This document shows positions 13,497 through 25,129 of a stretch of 64,000 nucleotides of DNA, one piece after another. The first letter of the stretch is position 1, and each line of letters begins with the position of its first letter. The notes under the pieces are model-generated. The model was not told the origin of the DNA. It did no database searches and worked only from the letters and a program-made list of their open reading frames with translations. A program made the position numbers and the translations under genes. This DNA comes from Octopus sinensis. Its lineage: Eukaryota. The stretch is from contig NC_042997.1 of assembly GCF_006345805.1 (NCBI RefSeq), positions 87,792,001 to 87,856,000 on the forward strand, in the 5' to 3' direction.

Positions 13497-14070
13497 GTGA
13501 GTGAAGGGAAATGGCTCAGTGGTTAGAGTGTCGGGCTCACAATCATGAGACACTGAGTTTGATTCCTGGACTGGGCTGTGTGTTGTTCTTGAGCAAACAT
13601 TTTATTTCACATTGCTCCAGTTTACCCAGTTTATCCAGTAGAAATGAGTTGTGACGTCACTGGTGCCAAGGTGTATCAGCCTTTGCCTTTTGCTTGGGTA
13701 ATATTGGTGGCATGGAAAGGCAGCAAGCTGGCAGGAATGTTAGCATGCTGGGCGAAATGCTTAGTGGTATTTTGTCTGTCTTTACATTCTGAGTTCAAAT
13801 TCCACCAAGGTCGACTTTGCCTTTCATCCTTTCGGGGTTGATAAATTAAGTACCAATTGCATACTGGGGTTGATCTAATCGACTGGCCCCCTCCCCCAAA
13901 ATGTCAGGCCTTGTGCCTAGAGTAGAAAAGTATATTGGTGGCATGGAGAGGTGGGGCTGGTATGCATGGGCAACTGCTGGTCTTCCATAAACAACCTTGC
14001 TTAGACTTGTGTATATTGGGGAAATTTTCTAGGTGCGATCCCTTGGTCATTCATGAATAGCAGGATTTTT
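13497..14070 (+). mobile_element. tRNA-headed SINE family E, carrying a nested family B SINE
   Basis: Pol III A box TGGCTCAGTGGTTAGAG and B box GAGTTTGATTCC; the body resumes after 13947. Confidence 0.8.
13717..13931 (+). mobile_element. SINE family B with a 16 bp target-site duplication
   Basis: ATATTGGTGGCATGGA at both 13701-13716 and 13932-13947. Confidence 0.9.
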
Positions 14071-14581
14071 TACCCACCTGCAGTCCATATACATCTTCTG
14101 TTGGTGTTGCAGTGCTTGGATCCCATTGTGAAGAAGCTTTCATCCTATTAGAAGTAAAAGTCATCAACAGCAGATATGATGTCATTATCACCATACTACT
14201 GGTTCCCAGCCTAATGTGTTTTTCACATTGGGGAACTGATGATAGTTAGATGAGACTAAATCAGAACAGGAAGGGTGAGCGAGCAGTTCAACGCCACAGT
14301 CATGCACAGCAGCCATTGAGACCAAAGACGTGTGTTGGAGCATTGTCCTGATGAAACAAGCCCTCGTTTGTCAGTTTTCCTGAACATTTGGTCTTGTTAA
14401 TCTTTCATAACTACCTTAGCAAGTTGGCATAGCACTCTTCATTGATGGTGTGGGTCAATCTGGCCAGCCCCAACGAAAAACTAAGTTGGATATTTTGTTG
14501 TCCCATTTTGCATTCTTGTCCCATTTTGTATTTTTTTTATATATATATATTTATATAGATAGCAGTGTACATACACTTTGT

Positions 14582-14640
<59 letters not shown>

Positions 14641-14875
14641 CAAGTAGAAAGATATATTTTCAACTGTAAATATTAAACAGTATATATATAGGATTGAACT
14701 CACATCCCTCTAATATCCGGTTAGAGTGCTCTACCTTTTAAAAAAGGATTTTATCCGATATATATACTGTTCAGTATTTACGCATTGAAAATATATCTTT
14801 CTACTTGTTCTACAATATATTTCAATGCTTCAAAAGCAAACTTATGTTTGTCTACATATGATGTTATATATATAT
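14641..14875. repeat. tRNA-like-headed repeat, two partial copies in inverted arrangement
   Basis: ~50 bp inverted arms at 14641-14690 and 14758-14807. Between them the minus strand reads GGTAGAGCACTCTAACCGGATATTAGAGGGATGTGAGTTCAATCC. Homologous to 44702-45172. Confidence 0.8.
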
Positions 14876-14884
14876 TTATATATA

Positions 14885-16103
14885 CTGATGTTCGGGCTAA
14901 ATTTGATGATGTACTGGTAAACAGAGTTAAGTTATAACTGAGAAAAAGTTAACTGATATGGAAGAATAGGAGAATGGAGAAATACTGGAAAAGCGTTACC
15001 TGTATCAAGATGAATCATGCTGGGTATCACCAATATGCTAATATTATGACTGTGGTTCAATGTTTTGTGAACACTGTAAAAGCAGTTAGATGTGACATGG
15101 ACAGCTGCAACAGACACTATGAAACCATAGCCTGCAGGAAGTGATACAGCAAGCATTCTGACTACATCAACACACTGGAATTCATTCAACAAATTCAGGA
15201 CGAGGTGATGGAATATCTGAGGAAGGGAATCTGAGGTTCAGTAAGAGAGATGGGTATTGGAATTGCCACCGTGTAGCTGTCCCTGAATGAGGACTTTCAT
15301 TACCACTCATAAAAGAAGCAGAAGGGACAAATTCTGATAGAACTGCTTGATGAAGGTAAAAAAACTCCTGATCAAGATGAGACATTCTGTTGAGCCAAGG
15401 ATGATCTAGTTTTCTCAGATGAAAAGAACTTCTACAAAGACCAGTTGTACAACACCCAGAACAACTGGTGGCTTACCTACATTCCATGTGATGTCCCACA
15501 TATGAAAACCAAGTTCCTCCAAACTGTGATAGTCTTTGGGTATGTCTCCAGTGAAGTTAACATCATGCTACTCTACACCTTTGAACAGGCGCAGGGACTT
15601 CAGATGGCTATGTGAATTTGCTGGAGACTGTAGTCAAACCTTGGCTGGAGAGGGTTGCTGCTGGATGGCCATATGTGTGGCAGCAGGATTTGGCTTCTTG
15701 TCATACACCTGAAAATAGTCAGAAGTGGTTGTCAAAACATTTCGACAACTTCCACTAGTCATAATTTCTGGCCTGTTAATTCGCCTGATTGTAATTCTAT
15801 AGATCACTATGTGTGAAGTACAGTTGAGAAAAATATCAACCACTCTGCCTGCAACATCAAGGCTGAGCTGGTAGGTGTTTGAAGACCTATCTAGGACACA
15901 GTGAAGAATGCATATGCCAAGTTCTGGAGCTGTGTTGAGGCCATGATGAAAGCTGAGGGCAGCTACTTTGAGTAAATAATTATGTCCTAGCAATAATCTA
16001 GTTGGAATCTTTTAATTTTTTAAAAATTACTTTTATTTTTGGAGAGGATATCATGTTTTCTTTTTCTTTAACACAAACTATTAAATTTAGCCCAAACACA
16101 CTG
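14885..16103 (+). mobile_element. Full-length but decayed DD37D/maT-like mariner
   Basis: TIRs CTGATGTTCGGGCTAAATTT and AAATTTAGCCCAAACACACTG with flanking TA. Remnant motifs FSDEKNF, VWQQDLASCH, WP.NSPDCNSIDH, AEGSYFE*. Confidence 0.85.
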
Positions 16104-16731
16104 TACATATATAAATTTAATGTATATCTTTTGTTAAACACCTTTTTGGCTGGAGTATTTCATCTAGGGAAATCCCCTCCAAAGATGTAATATGTTGAAA
16201 AACACATTATACTTCAAAGCCAGATGAAATGAATCATCACAGAGGTGAATGAGAATGACAGACATCAGTATTTCATTGTTGTTTCAGTACATCATGCTGT
16301 ATAACTGATTTTCCTTTGAGATAAGTTCAGATTGCTGGCCTGAAGTACATACAGATAGCACAACATCTGTCCGTTTATGTGCAACAGCACTATACAAGTA
16401 AACACTGACAAGCTGAAATAACTGCAAAGTATCAATATTTGTCATTCCTGTTCACTTCCATGGTAATTTGCTTTGCCTTGCTTTAAAGTATACTCTGTTT
16501 TTTCAACAGACATCATATTTGGAGGGACTTTGCCTGAACAAAATGGCACGAAGCCTGGATGAAATACCAAAAAGCATTAAAAAATGCACATACATTAAGT
16601 ATGTGACATCAATAATGTTTATATTATAGAGCTATTTCTAAATCAAAATTTACATTTTGTTTTGTGTGGCACTTTTACACATCAGCAGATAAATTTTGCA
16701 CTATCCATATATATATTGGGTGAATCGAGTA

Positions 16732-16815
16732 CAGTAATTCCTCGACTATTGTGAGTGTTACATTCCAAACCCCCACTGTGAGAGGTGAACTGCAATAGGT
16801 GAACTGCAATAGGTG
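16732..16815 (+). mobile_element. pogo/Tigger-type TIR fragment
   Basis: TA|CAGTAATTCCTCGACTATTGTGAGTGTTACATTCC, followed by a 14 bp tandem duplication AGGTGAACTGCAAT. Confidence 0.6.
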
Positions 16816-16829
16816 AACCACAACAGGTT

Positions 16830-17170
16830 TCAGCTCAGAGCTGCGGCCATGCTGAAGCACTGCCGTTTTGCTACAGTGTTATTACTGAGAGCCTCCTCCA
16901 ATATGTGGCACTTGGTGAAGAATGGAATTTGATATAGCTAACCTCATTTGCACCTCTTGCCCTGATGTAGGTTCATCTGGGACTCTCGACAGGAAGAGGT
17001 CCAGCTTTGATTTAAAAACGCCTACATCTACTTTGTGCACATTCCTCAGGCTCTTTGAGAGAATATTAAAAAGTTGGGGGCCCTTGAAACCCAGGCTGTT
17101 GGAGTAACTGGTCCTGAAGTGCGATGGCATTGCTGGGATCTTTGGCACTATGCAGCGTCGACCCATTCTG
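16830..17170 (-). mobile_element. CR1/L2-group LINE 3' end
   Basis: ORF 16882-17166: GRRC...GFKGPQLFNILSKSLRN...FKSKLDLFLSRVPDEP...SNSILHQ, a typical C-terminus of CR1-group ORF2. Confidence 0.8.
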
Positions 17171-18091
17171 GCATTGGTGTAGCTTTATATACATGTATAT
17201 ATACATACACATACATATAAACCAAAGGTAGAACAGAAAGAACACAAGAAACAGAAACCAATAATATGCAACATGTGGAAAAATGAATGATAGCATGACA
17301 AATGGAAAACAGGTCAAAAACAAGATATATTGATCATTCACAGCCAAATACATCATCAGTTGGAGTCCATGATGTCTTTGTAATTTCATCCCCTTATCTT
17401 TGATACTACTCGAATTTGGTAGGGACAGGGACTTAAGCTGAAACCTTACTATAATTAAATATTCTAAGTGACTTGAGATACTCATCCTTCATGCTGAAGG
17501 AATAGATTAACCACTTGATTTATTTTGAATGTAACATTCAAAAACAGCCAAAATACTGCTTGAATTTACCTGGGACTATACTTAAGGACCTTCAAGAAAG
17601 TATGGACCAATCTCCATACCCTCTGGAAGATGAGCTGTCTATATTCTTCTATCTACTGTTTTACTCTTTATTTTTCTGTCTACTATTTTCTTCCTTTATA
17701 AACTATGAATTCCCTGTCTAGAACTTTCATACATACTTACCTTGTCCCTGATAATGGAATGGAGATAGTGTATGGAGATGCTAACCTATCACTTGGGATA
17801 TCCCAGAAACAGCTGTAAGACATCGAATAATTAATTAATTAATTAATTAATTACTTAATTACCTCAAATTCATCTTACTCTAGTTTAATATTCTAAGTGA
17901 CTTGAGATACTCATCCTACCTTGGTTTTTGTTGTCCTTTTAACTCTGATATATACCTGCTAACTCAGAAACCTACTATGGATCCCTAGCTCCAGCCTCAG
18001 CTGTGAACTTGGAACCTAACAGATGACCAATTATAGCACTTACACAGCATACCTATTCATTTAGATCACCAGTGAACTAAACCCCTCATAT

Positions 18092-18125
<34 letters not shown>

Positions 18126-18159
18126 TATATATATATACATACACACACACACACACATA

Positions 18160-19359
18160 CACACATGACAAAAGTAAACAGACACCCTTATAATCATTAA
18201 AATTTATTTAAATCTGATATTGTACATTCAAATTATTTATTAATTGTTATAATGTGAATATTTAATATCTAGTAGACATGCCCTTTGCATTTTCAATGCA
18301 AGTACCCTATTAGCCTTTTTACTGATCAGATGAATATTCTCTTGTGGAAATTTCTTGCCAAGTTTTATGCAGTAATCTCAAAAGATCTGGTTTTGAAGAT
18401 GCTTTCTTGTTCTTTTTATGAAGCGTCCTGTGCATTATGTCTCTGAGGTTATTAAAAGGGTTCATATCTGGTGACTGGCTTGGTGATGGAAGCTTTTTAA
18501 TGCCATTCTTTGCCAACAAATCTTGGGTCATTTTAGCCATGGACAAGGAGCCCCATCTTCCATAAATAAAGAGTCTTCTTTAATCATTTCACCACTGGAG
18601 AAGATTGGAAAGAGTCCTTTCTGCAATATGGAGACATATTTATCTGAGTTTGTGTTTCCCTCACATTCCACCAGCACTGATCAACCATTGCTCTAAATAG
18701 CTGCCGTATTTCATTGTTGGCTGTAATATTTTCACATCAAATTCTTGATCACAAGTCTCCAGACACACACTCGACCACTATCTGGAAATAAAGCAAATTT
18801 GGACTCATCAGAAAATATGACAGTGTCCCAAAATGTTAATGGCCACTCCACCATCTCACTGGCCTAATCCTTTCTCCACTTGATGTTGGCTGGTCGAAGA
18901 AGTGGCTTCCTTCTTGCTGCTTTGCCATAGTAACCAAGTTTGTGGAGATACCTGACAGCTGTTCTGGGACTGACATCAACTTGTTCTGCTTTGTCAGAGG
19001 CCTTGCAACAAGGATTATCCTCCACACTTCTCTTAACAAAGAGAAGGGTCATGTCAGAGAGCTCTAGTTGATCTAGGTGAGGCGATGTAGACTCTTTCCC
19101 CTCTCTGCTGAATTGCACAATTACTCTATTAACTGTAGAAAGTGGGATCCCAAGGTTTTTTGCAATTTTACACTGACTATGTCCACCTTCAGAATGACCC
19201 ACAATATGGCTTCTTTGAAATTCAGACAGTTCCAAAGCTTCTTTTATACATGGCATGATTAAACAGTCACATATAGAACCTAAAACATAAAAATGTCAAT
19301 TAATAAAAAATATAAAAAATTAAAAGTTAGAATAAGCATAAAACAATGTTTTACTTGTC

Positions 19360-19364
<5 letters not shown>
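18160..19364 (-). mobile_element. Decayed Tc1-like transposon, ~1.2 kb
   Basis: ORF 18864-19256 has a Tc1 HTH ([12 protein letters not shown]...[16 protein letters not shown]...AARRKPLL). ORF 18319-18546 has PSQSPDMNP. Imperfect TIRs CACACATGACAAAAGTAAA / TTTTACTTGTCATATG with flanking TA. Confidence 0.88.
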
Positions 19365-19390
<26 letters not shown>

Positions 19391-19411
19391 TGTATCTATC
19401 TATACATACAT

Positions 19412-19455
<44 letters not shown>

Positions 19456-20871
19456 CTTATATGAAATAAACCTCTGCGTGTGTGTATATACTTTTCATGT
19501 GAAAACAGCTGCACAAATTACTTCCATGCTTGGGATGCATGAATAATTTCAACTAGGATACATAATAGGGTCTTCAGTTTATCTTTTTTTTATTAAAAAT
19601 AAATATTTTTATATATATATGATTCAATTCTTTAAAAAGGTTTCTCAATATCAACTTCCGGTATTGATGTAGTAACAGTGAAATTTTCCGTTTTCATTTT
19701 CAAAGCCTCTCACTCACTATTTTTGTGTTTTCATTTCAAGTTTTAATTCACTATTTGCAAATAACTATGATAAATTACTGAAAGAAATATTTACTAAGTT
19801 CACAAATTTAAATATTCGGTACAAGTTGGTTTTTAACGAGCTTTTATTTATACAGTTCTTTCATTTCATGTTTATTTCATTCATTGTTTGCACTATTCTC
19901 TCACCCCACACTCTCTCTCATACACACACACACACATTGTCTAATATAAACATACACACTGGCTCTGTAATATAAGCACACACACTCCAGGTTTGATTTC
20001 GTTATTACACAAATATCACATTAGAATTTTGCAATTCAATATGGGGAGTCCAAAAATAATATGGGCGTTCTTTCACTTGAACCTGCACACTTCATTTATT
20101 TATTTACTTTTCCATTGCTGTGTTCAGCTCTATGTATTCAGTCACACATGTACACATGTGTTTTTTTGTGTACGTTTTTATACATTTATGTATGTGTGTG
20201 TATTTGTGCGTGTGAGAGAGAGAGAGAGTGATGTCTAAGTGGCATTCGCTCTCTCTCACACACTCAACTGCACACATACATACAATTGATATATGTATGT
20301 ACAAGCTTAAAAACTGCTCTATTGGGCAGCTTTTAAGCTAGCTCCTGTGCAGGGCTCTTCATTAAGCCTTGAGCCCCACAATGACACTTCATGCATTGAG
20401 TACATATCCAATTTTATTAAACTTGACCAATATTTTTCAAGCAATGAACAATTCTCATCAAAACAATGATATAATTTGTTGACTTGGAACTTATTGCAAA
20501 GCTGCATGATAAACAACAATTTTTGTCTTCCCATTCGGGCGTCAGTACAAATTTTTTCTATCTAACCTCTTTTTTTCTCTCTCTCCATCTTTCTGTTGAT
20601 TGTTTTCAACCATCACCCTCACCAGTACCACCACCACCATCGCCACCACAACTGCCATACACACACCATTCAGACTTTTGATACCACCACCATCAATACC
20701 TTTGACTTCACCACCTTCCCTTCATCATCACTTACTATCACCATTGACACACTGACACAAAGAAATTAGTTTTTACATTTATTATATTAGATAGATGACA
20801 GCACACCCCTTTTCTCTGTCTCTCTCTTTCTCTAACATACACACATATCTATTTCTTCTGATGTTTGATAC

Positions 20872-20920
<49 letters not shown>

Positions 20921-21009
20921 GTGGGGTGTTCCACAATCACAATTTATTTCAATCACTCTTGTGAAGATATTCATGTAACTCTTTTTTCATTTAATCCCCA
21001 TTTTAATTT

Positions 21010-21882
21010 TCAAAAAAGTTTCCAAGAACAATGTTCTCCCTCTCTACAAGAGGAGGTGGGATAGATGTAGATGATCGGTATTCTACAGTGAAGCAAAGAT
21101 GAGTACAGGTAACCAGAGTCAATGTTGAATACTGCAACTCTGTTAACTCTATTATGTACGTTTGTAAATATATAAACAAAGATTTAGATGCTGCAACAAA
21201 GATTTAGATGCTGACACTCTTATGCAGAATGGCAGTCAGCAGATGAATAAAAATGATGAGAATGCACAGTATGACAGAAGATACATCAGTACCAATGAGG
21301 CTTTTTGGTGCATCTTCAATTTTTCCATTCATGAGAGGCACTCAGTCATCATACATCTGAGTGTCCATCTAGAGAATGGCCACAGGGTTATCTTTACAAA
21401 ACAAACAGCCTTGGAACAAGCACTTTCTCCAAAAGAAACTACCCTTACTGCCTTTTTTAAGTTGTATCAAGAATATGAAGATGCAAGAAAACTCCTTTAC
21501 CCACAATTACCCAAGTATTACACCTGGAGAAACAATAAATGGCACAAGAGCAAACGTAGTACTGATGCTCTTCCAAAGAGTTTATAGTGTCCCTGCAAGC
21601 CAAGCAGAATGCTAGTACTTACGGCTCCTTTTGCATGAAGTATGTAGTCCTAAATCATTCTAATATTCAAGGAGGGTAAATGGTCATGTGTGTGAAACTT
21701 ATAGGGAAGCATGCTATCAACAAGGATTTTAAGAAAATGATGGGCACCAGGACCTTGCATTGACTGAAGCATCAGTATCAGATTGTCCAAAGAAACTCTG
21801 TAACCTTTTTGCAATTATACTGAACATGTGTCAATTTGGAAGTCCCTTACAACTTTGGATGAAATATCATGAGGACATGGCT
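21010..21882 (+). mobile_element. Helitron Rep/helicase internal fragment (pseudogene)
   Basis: VNVEYCNSV...YVCKYINK, RYISTNEAFW.IF.F.IHER, VHLENG.RV.F, TTLTAFF, YYTW, ECYYLRLLLHEV, NLFAIIL. These are RepHel motifs, with stops and frameshifts. Confidence 0.9.
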
Positions 21883-22370
21883 GAGTTCTACCCCTACTGG
21901 TGACAAAGGGCCTCTTGCTCAGAGTGAAAGGTAGATTGTATGATGCACATGTGCAAACTGCCATACTTCACAGCAGTAAACATGGGCCATGACTGCTGAA
22001 GACATGCATAGGCTCAAAAGAAATGAAGCTAGCATGTTCCTCTGAATGTGTAATGTCAGTGTGCACACAACAGAGTATAAGTGCCCTGAAAGAATTGTTG
22101 GACATACAAAGCATCAGAAAGACGTTTGCACTGGTATGGTCATGTACTATGGATGGATGAGGAGAGCTGTGTGAAGAAGTGCCACTCCCAAACAGTGGAA
22201 GGATTCTGGGGTAGAGGGAGACCCAGGAAGACATGGGATGAGGTGGTGAAGCATGACCTTTGAACGTTGGGCCTCACAATGGCAATGACAAAAGACTGAG
22301 ACCTCTGGAGATATGCTGTGACTGAGAAGACCTGGTAAATAAAGTGAGTTCACAGCTGTAGCCTACACGA
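21883..22370 (+). mobile_element. RTE LINE 3' ORF fragment abutting the Helitron
   Basis: LLVTKGL.LRVKGRLYDA...WAMTAEDMHRL.RNEASM...RLHWYGHVL.MDEESCVKKC...GRGRPRKTWDEVVKHDL. Confidence 0.88.
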
Positions 22371-22769
22371 GTGTCAAATATATATATATATATATACATG
22401 TTTAAAGATATATGTGTATATGTATATGTATATATATGTTTATATATATATATGTATATATATGTATGTATATATATATGTATTTTATTACCTTGGGTAT
22501 GATGTTATTATAAGGTACTATATATATATACATAAATATATATATAAACATGTATATACATATATACATATATCTTTAAACATGTATATATAATAATATC
22601 ATACCCTAGGTAATAAAATACATTAATTTAAATTGTAATAATTTCATAAAATTTTTATCCAAAGTAATTGATAGTTTGTCTTGTTATTTTGTAGGCTCTT
22701 TTTGCTTATCATGGCTTTCACCTGGTTATGTATGGATTTGATTAATTTATCAATATTTCACTGATCTAC

Positions 22770-23040
22770 GTTTATCCTCTAGTTGGCCAAATTCGTAAGA
22801 GCTGATGATTTTACTTCATGTAAATGATATGCAATTTATTGAAATGGTTTTCATTTGAATATGTTAAATTATATTTACAATCAATCCCAAAGCATGTTTA
22901 TGTATGAGCAAAGAAGAGAAAACACATTTAATTTAAAAAAAAACCAAATACAAGCAGTATCTGTTTTATCTATCATCTATCTTTCTATATATATCTAGCC
23001 ATTTATCTTTCTATGTACCTATCTATCTATCCATCTCTTC

Positions 23041-23091
<51 letters not shown>

Positions 23092-23254
23092 CACACATAA
23101 GCAATAAAATTAAGTAATGTCTTTATTTTTACTTTTAATTGTTGATTCTTAACAATCAACAAGTAAGAGATATTACCTGAAGAGCAAAGTGAAATTATTC
23201 ATAGTAATGAAGTAATTGACAGAATATCCAGCCATTACAAACAGATAAAGAGAT

Positions 23255-23290
<36 letters not shown>

Positions 23291-23901
23291 ATCTCTTTAT
23301 CTATCCATACATATATGCCTATATACATATGCACATGTGTGTGTGTTTGTGATGGCTGGATATTCCGTCAATTACTTCATTACTATGAATAATTTCACTT
23401 TGATTGCTCTTCAGGTAATATCTCTTAGTCCATCATTACTTGTTGATTGTTAAGAATCAACAATTAAAAGTAAAAATAAAGACATTACTTAATTTCATTA
23501 CTTATAATATTACAAATTGAAGGAATATGCAGCTATTAATTAAAACATTATAGAGTCATTATTCTAGTATTAAAATAATTTTACTTACATTATCTTCATT
23601 TCTTAATATAAATTGCTTATATCATCTAAATGTATATGCGCTAGCGTAGCTAGAATGTGTTTATCCTCTAGTTGGCCAAATTCATAAGAGCTGATGATTT
23701 ACTTCATGATGTAAATGTTATGCATATTATTGCAATGGTTTTCATTTAAATATGTTAAATTATATTTACAATCAATCCCAGAGCATGTATATGTATGTGC
23801 AAAGAAGAGAAAACAATTTTATTTTTAAAAAACCCAAAGCACAAGCAGTATCTATTTTATCTGTCTGTCTGTCTGTCCATCTATCTATACATACACATAT
23901 G

Positions 23902-23955
<54 letters not shown>

Positions 23956-23963
23956 TGTGCGTT

Positions 23964-24036
<73 letters not shown>

Positions 24037-24318
24037 TGTGTTTGTGATGGCTGGATATTCTGTCAATTACTTCATTACTATGAATAATTTCACTTTGCTC
24101 TTCAGGTAATATCTCTTACTTGTTGATTGTTAAGAATCAACAATTAAAAGTAAAAATAAAGACATTACTTAATTTTATTGCTTATAATATTACAAATTGA
24201 AGGAATATGCAGCTATTAATTAAAACATTATAGAGTCATTATTCTAGTATTAAAATCATTTTAATTATATTATCTTCATTTCCTAATATAAATTGCTTAT
24301 GTTATCTATATGTATGTG
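22770..24318. repeat. Two-copy tandem unit (~0.7-0.9 kb) with an internal inverted duplication
   Basis: Segment A at 22770-23000 and 23660-23870. Segment B+C at 23345-23660 and 24045-24318. Inverted B at 23100-23243. Confidence 0.9.
23172..23208 (+). ncRNA. Minimal type I hammerhead ribozyme motif with intact core
   Basis: ATTAC-CTGAAGA-GCAAAGT-GAAA-TTATTCA-TA-GTAAT. Helix I is ATTAC/GTAAT, with short helices II and III. Minus-strand copies at 23379-23419 and 24074-24110. Confidence 0.65.
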
Positions 24319-24463
24319 CACTAGCATAGCTAGAGTGTGTGCCGCCTGGGGCAGCCCTTCCATTTGCTGCCCCCAGACCCCACAAAAAACACATATTGCC
24401 TACAACAGGATGAAAAGTGTTGCCTGCGGTGGACTGCTCCCCACCTCTCCAACTATGCTAGTG
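24319..24463. mobile_element. Small MITE with hAT-like termini
   Basis: TIRs CACTAGCATAGCTAGAG and CTCCAACTATGCTAGTG around a GC-rich core. Confidence 0.6.
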
Positions 24464-25094
24464 TGTATGTGTGTGTGTATGTATTTGTGTGCATGTGTGT
24501 ATGTGCCTATCTCTGTAAAGCTTCCTAAAGACACCCCTTGAACAGTAGAGACTAGAAGTGTTTGTGGATATCCTTGAATAAATAATGTTCTGCAGCTCAG
24601 CATATAAGTCCAAAGACTAAAAAAATACTTTCCTTGAAAACAAATAAGAGTTGGTGGTGGTGGTGGTGGTGGTGGGGAACAAAAAGAGCACCTAGTCATA
24701 AAATAAAGCATTAAGAAACCTCTCCTAACTCATGTTATCAAAGAAAAGAGGATGTTAAAACAATGATAATAGTAATGGCTACACATACATACACATACAT
24801 ATATTATTGATGTCATTAGAATTTAGAAACTTCAAGAAAACAAAAATAATTCTTTTTTAGAAAACAGAAGCTTGAAGCAGATAAAGCTAAAGATAATAGC
24901 ATATAAATTACAGAACTGAATATGTAAATGTAGAATATTCTTTAACAAATCATAACGGAAAGGCTCATAATTCCACAACTGTGAGTTACATATTTTCAAT
25001 GATTCAAAGAGTAATTCAAGCCTATTTTCTCTTGAAATATCTGTCATTTAAATATATTTTGAAATATTATAAACAAATTTTGAAGAAAATGTTT

Positions 25095-25129
<35 letters not shown>

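Larger units (their letters stand above)
13410..14470 (-). mobile_element. Mariner (DD34D-type) 3' fragment split by nested SINEs at 13497-14070
   Basis: TIR-like TACAAGTGTCAGCTGAAAGGTTTATAGGCTGACC at the left; transposase-like sequence resumes at ~14075. Confidence 0.6.

Noticed and set aside
22801-22850. CTGATGA in segment A, also near 23691
   Set aside because: The downstream GAAA is absent in the second copy and no helix I/III pairing is possible.
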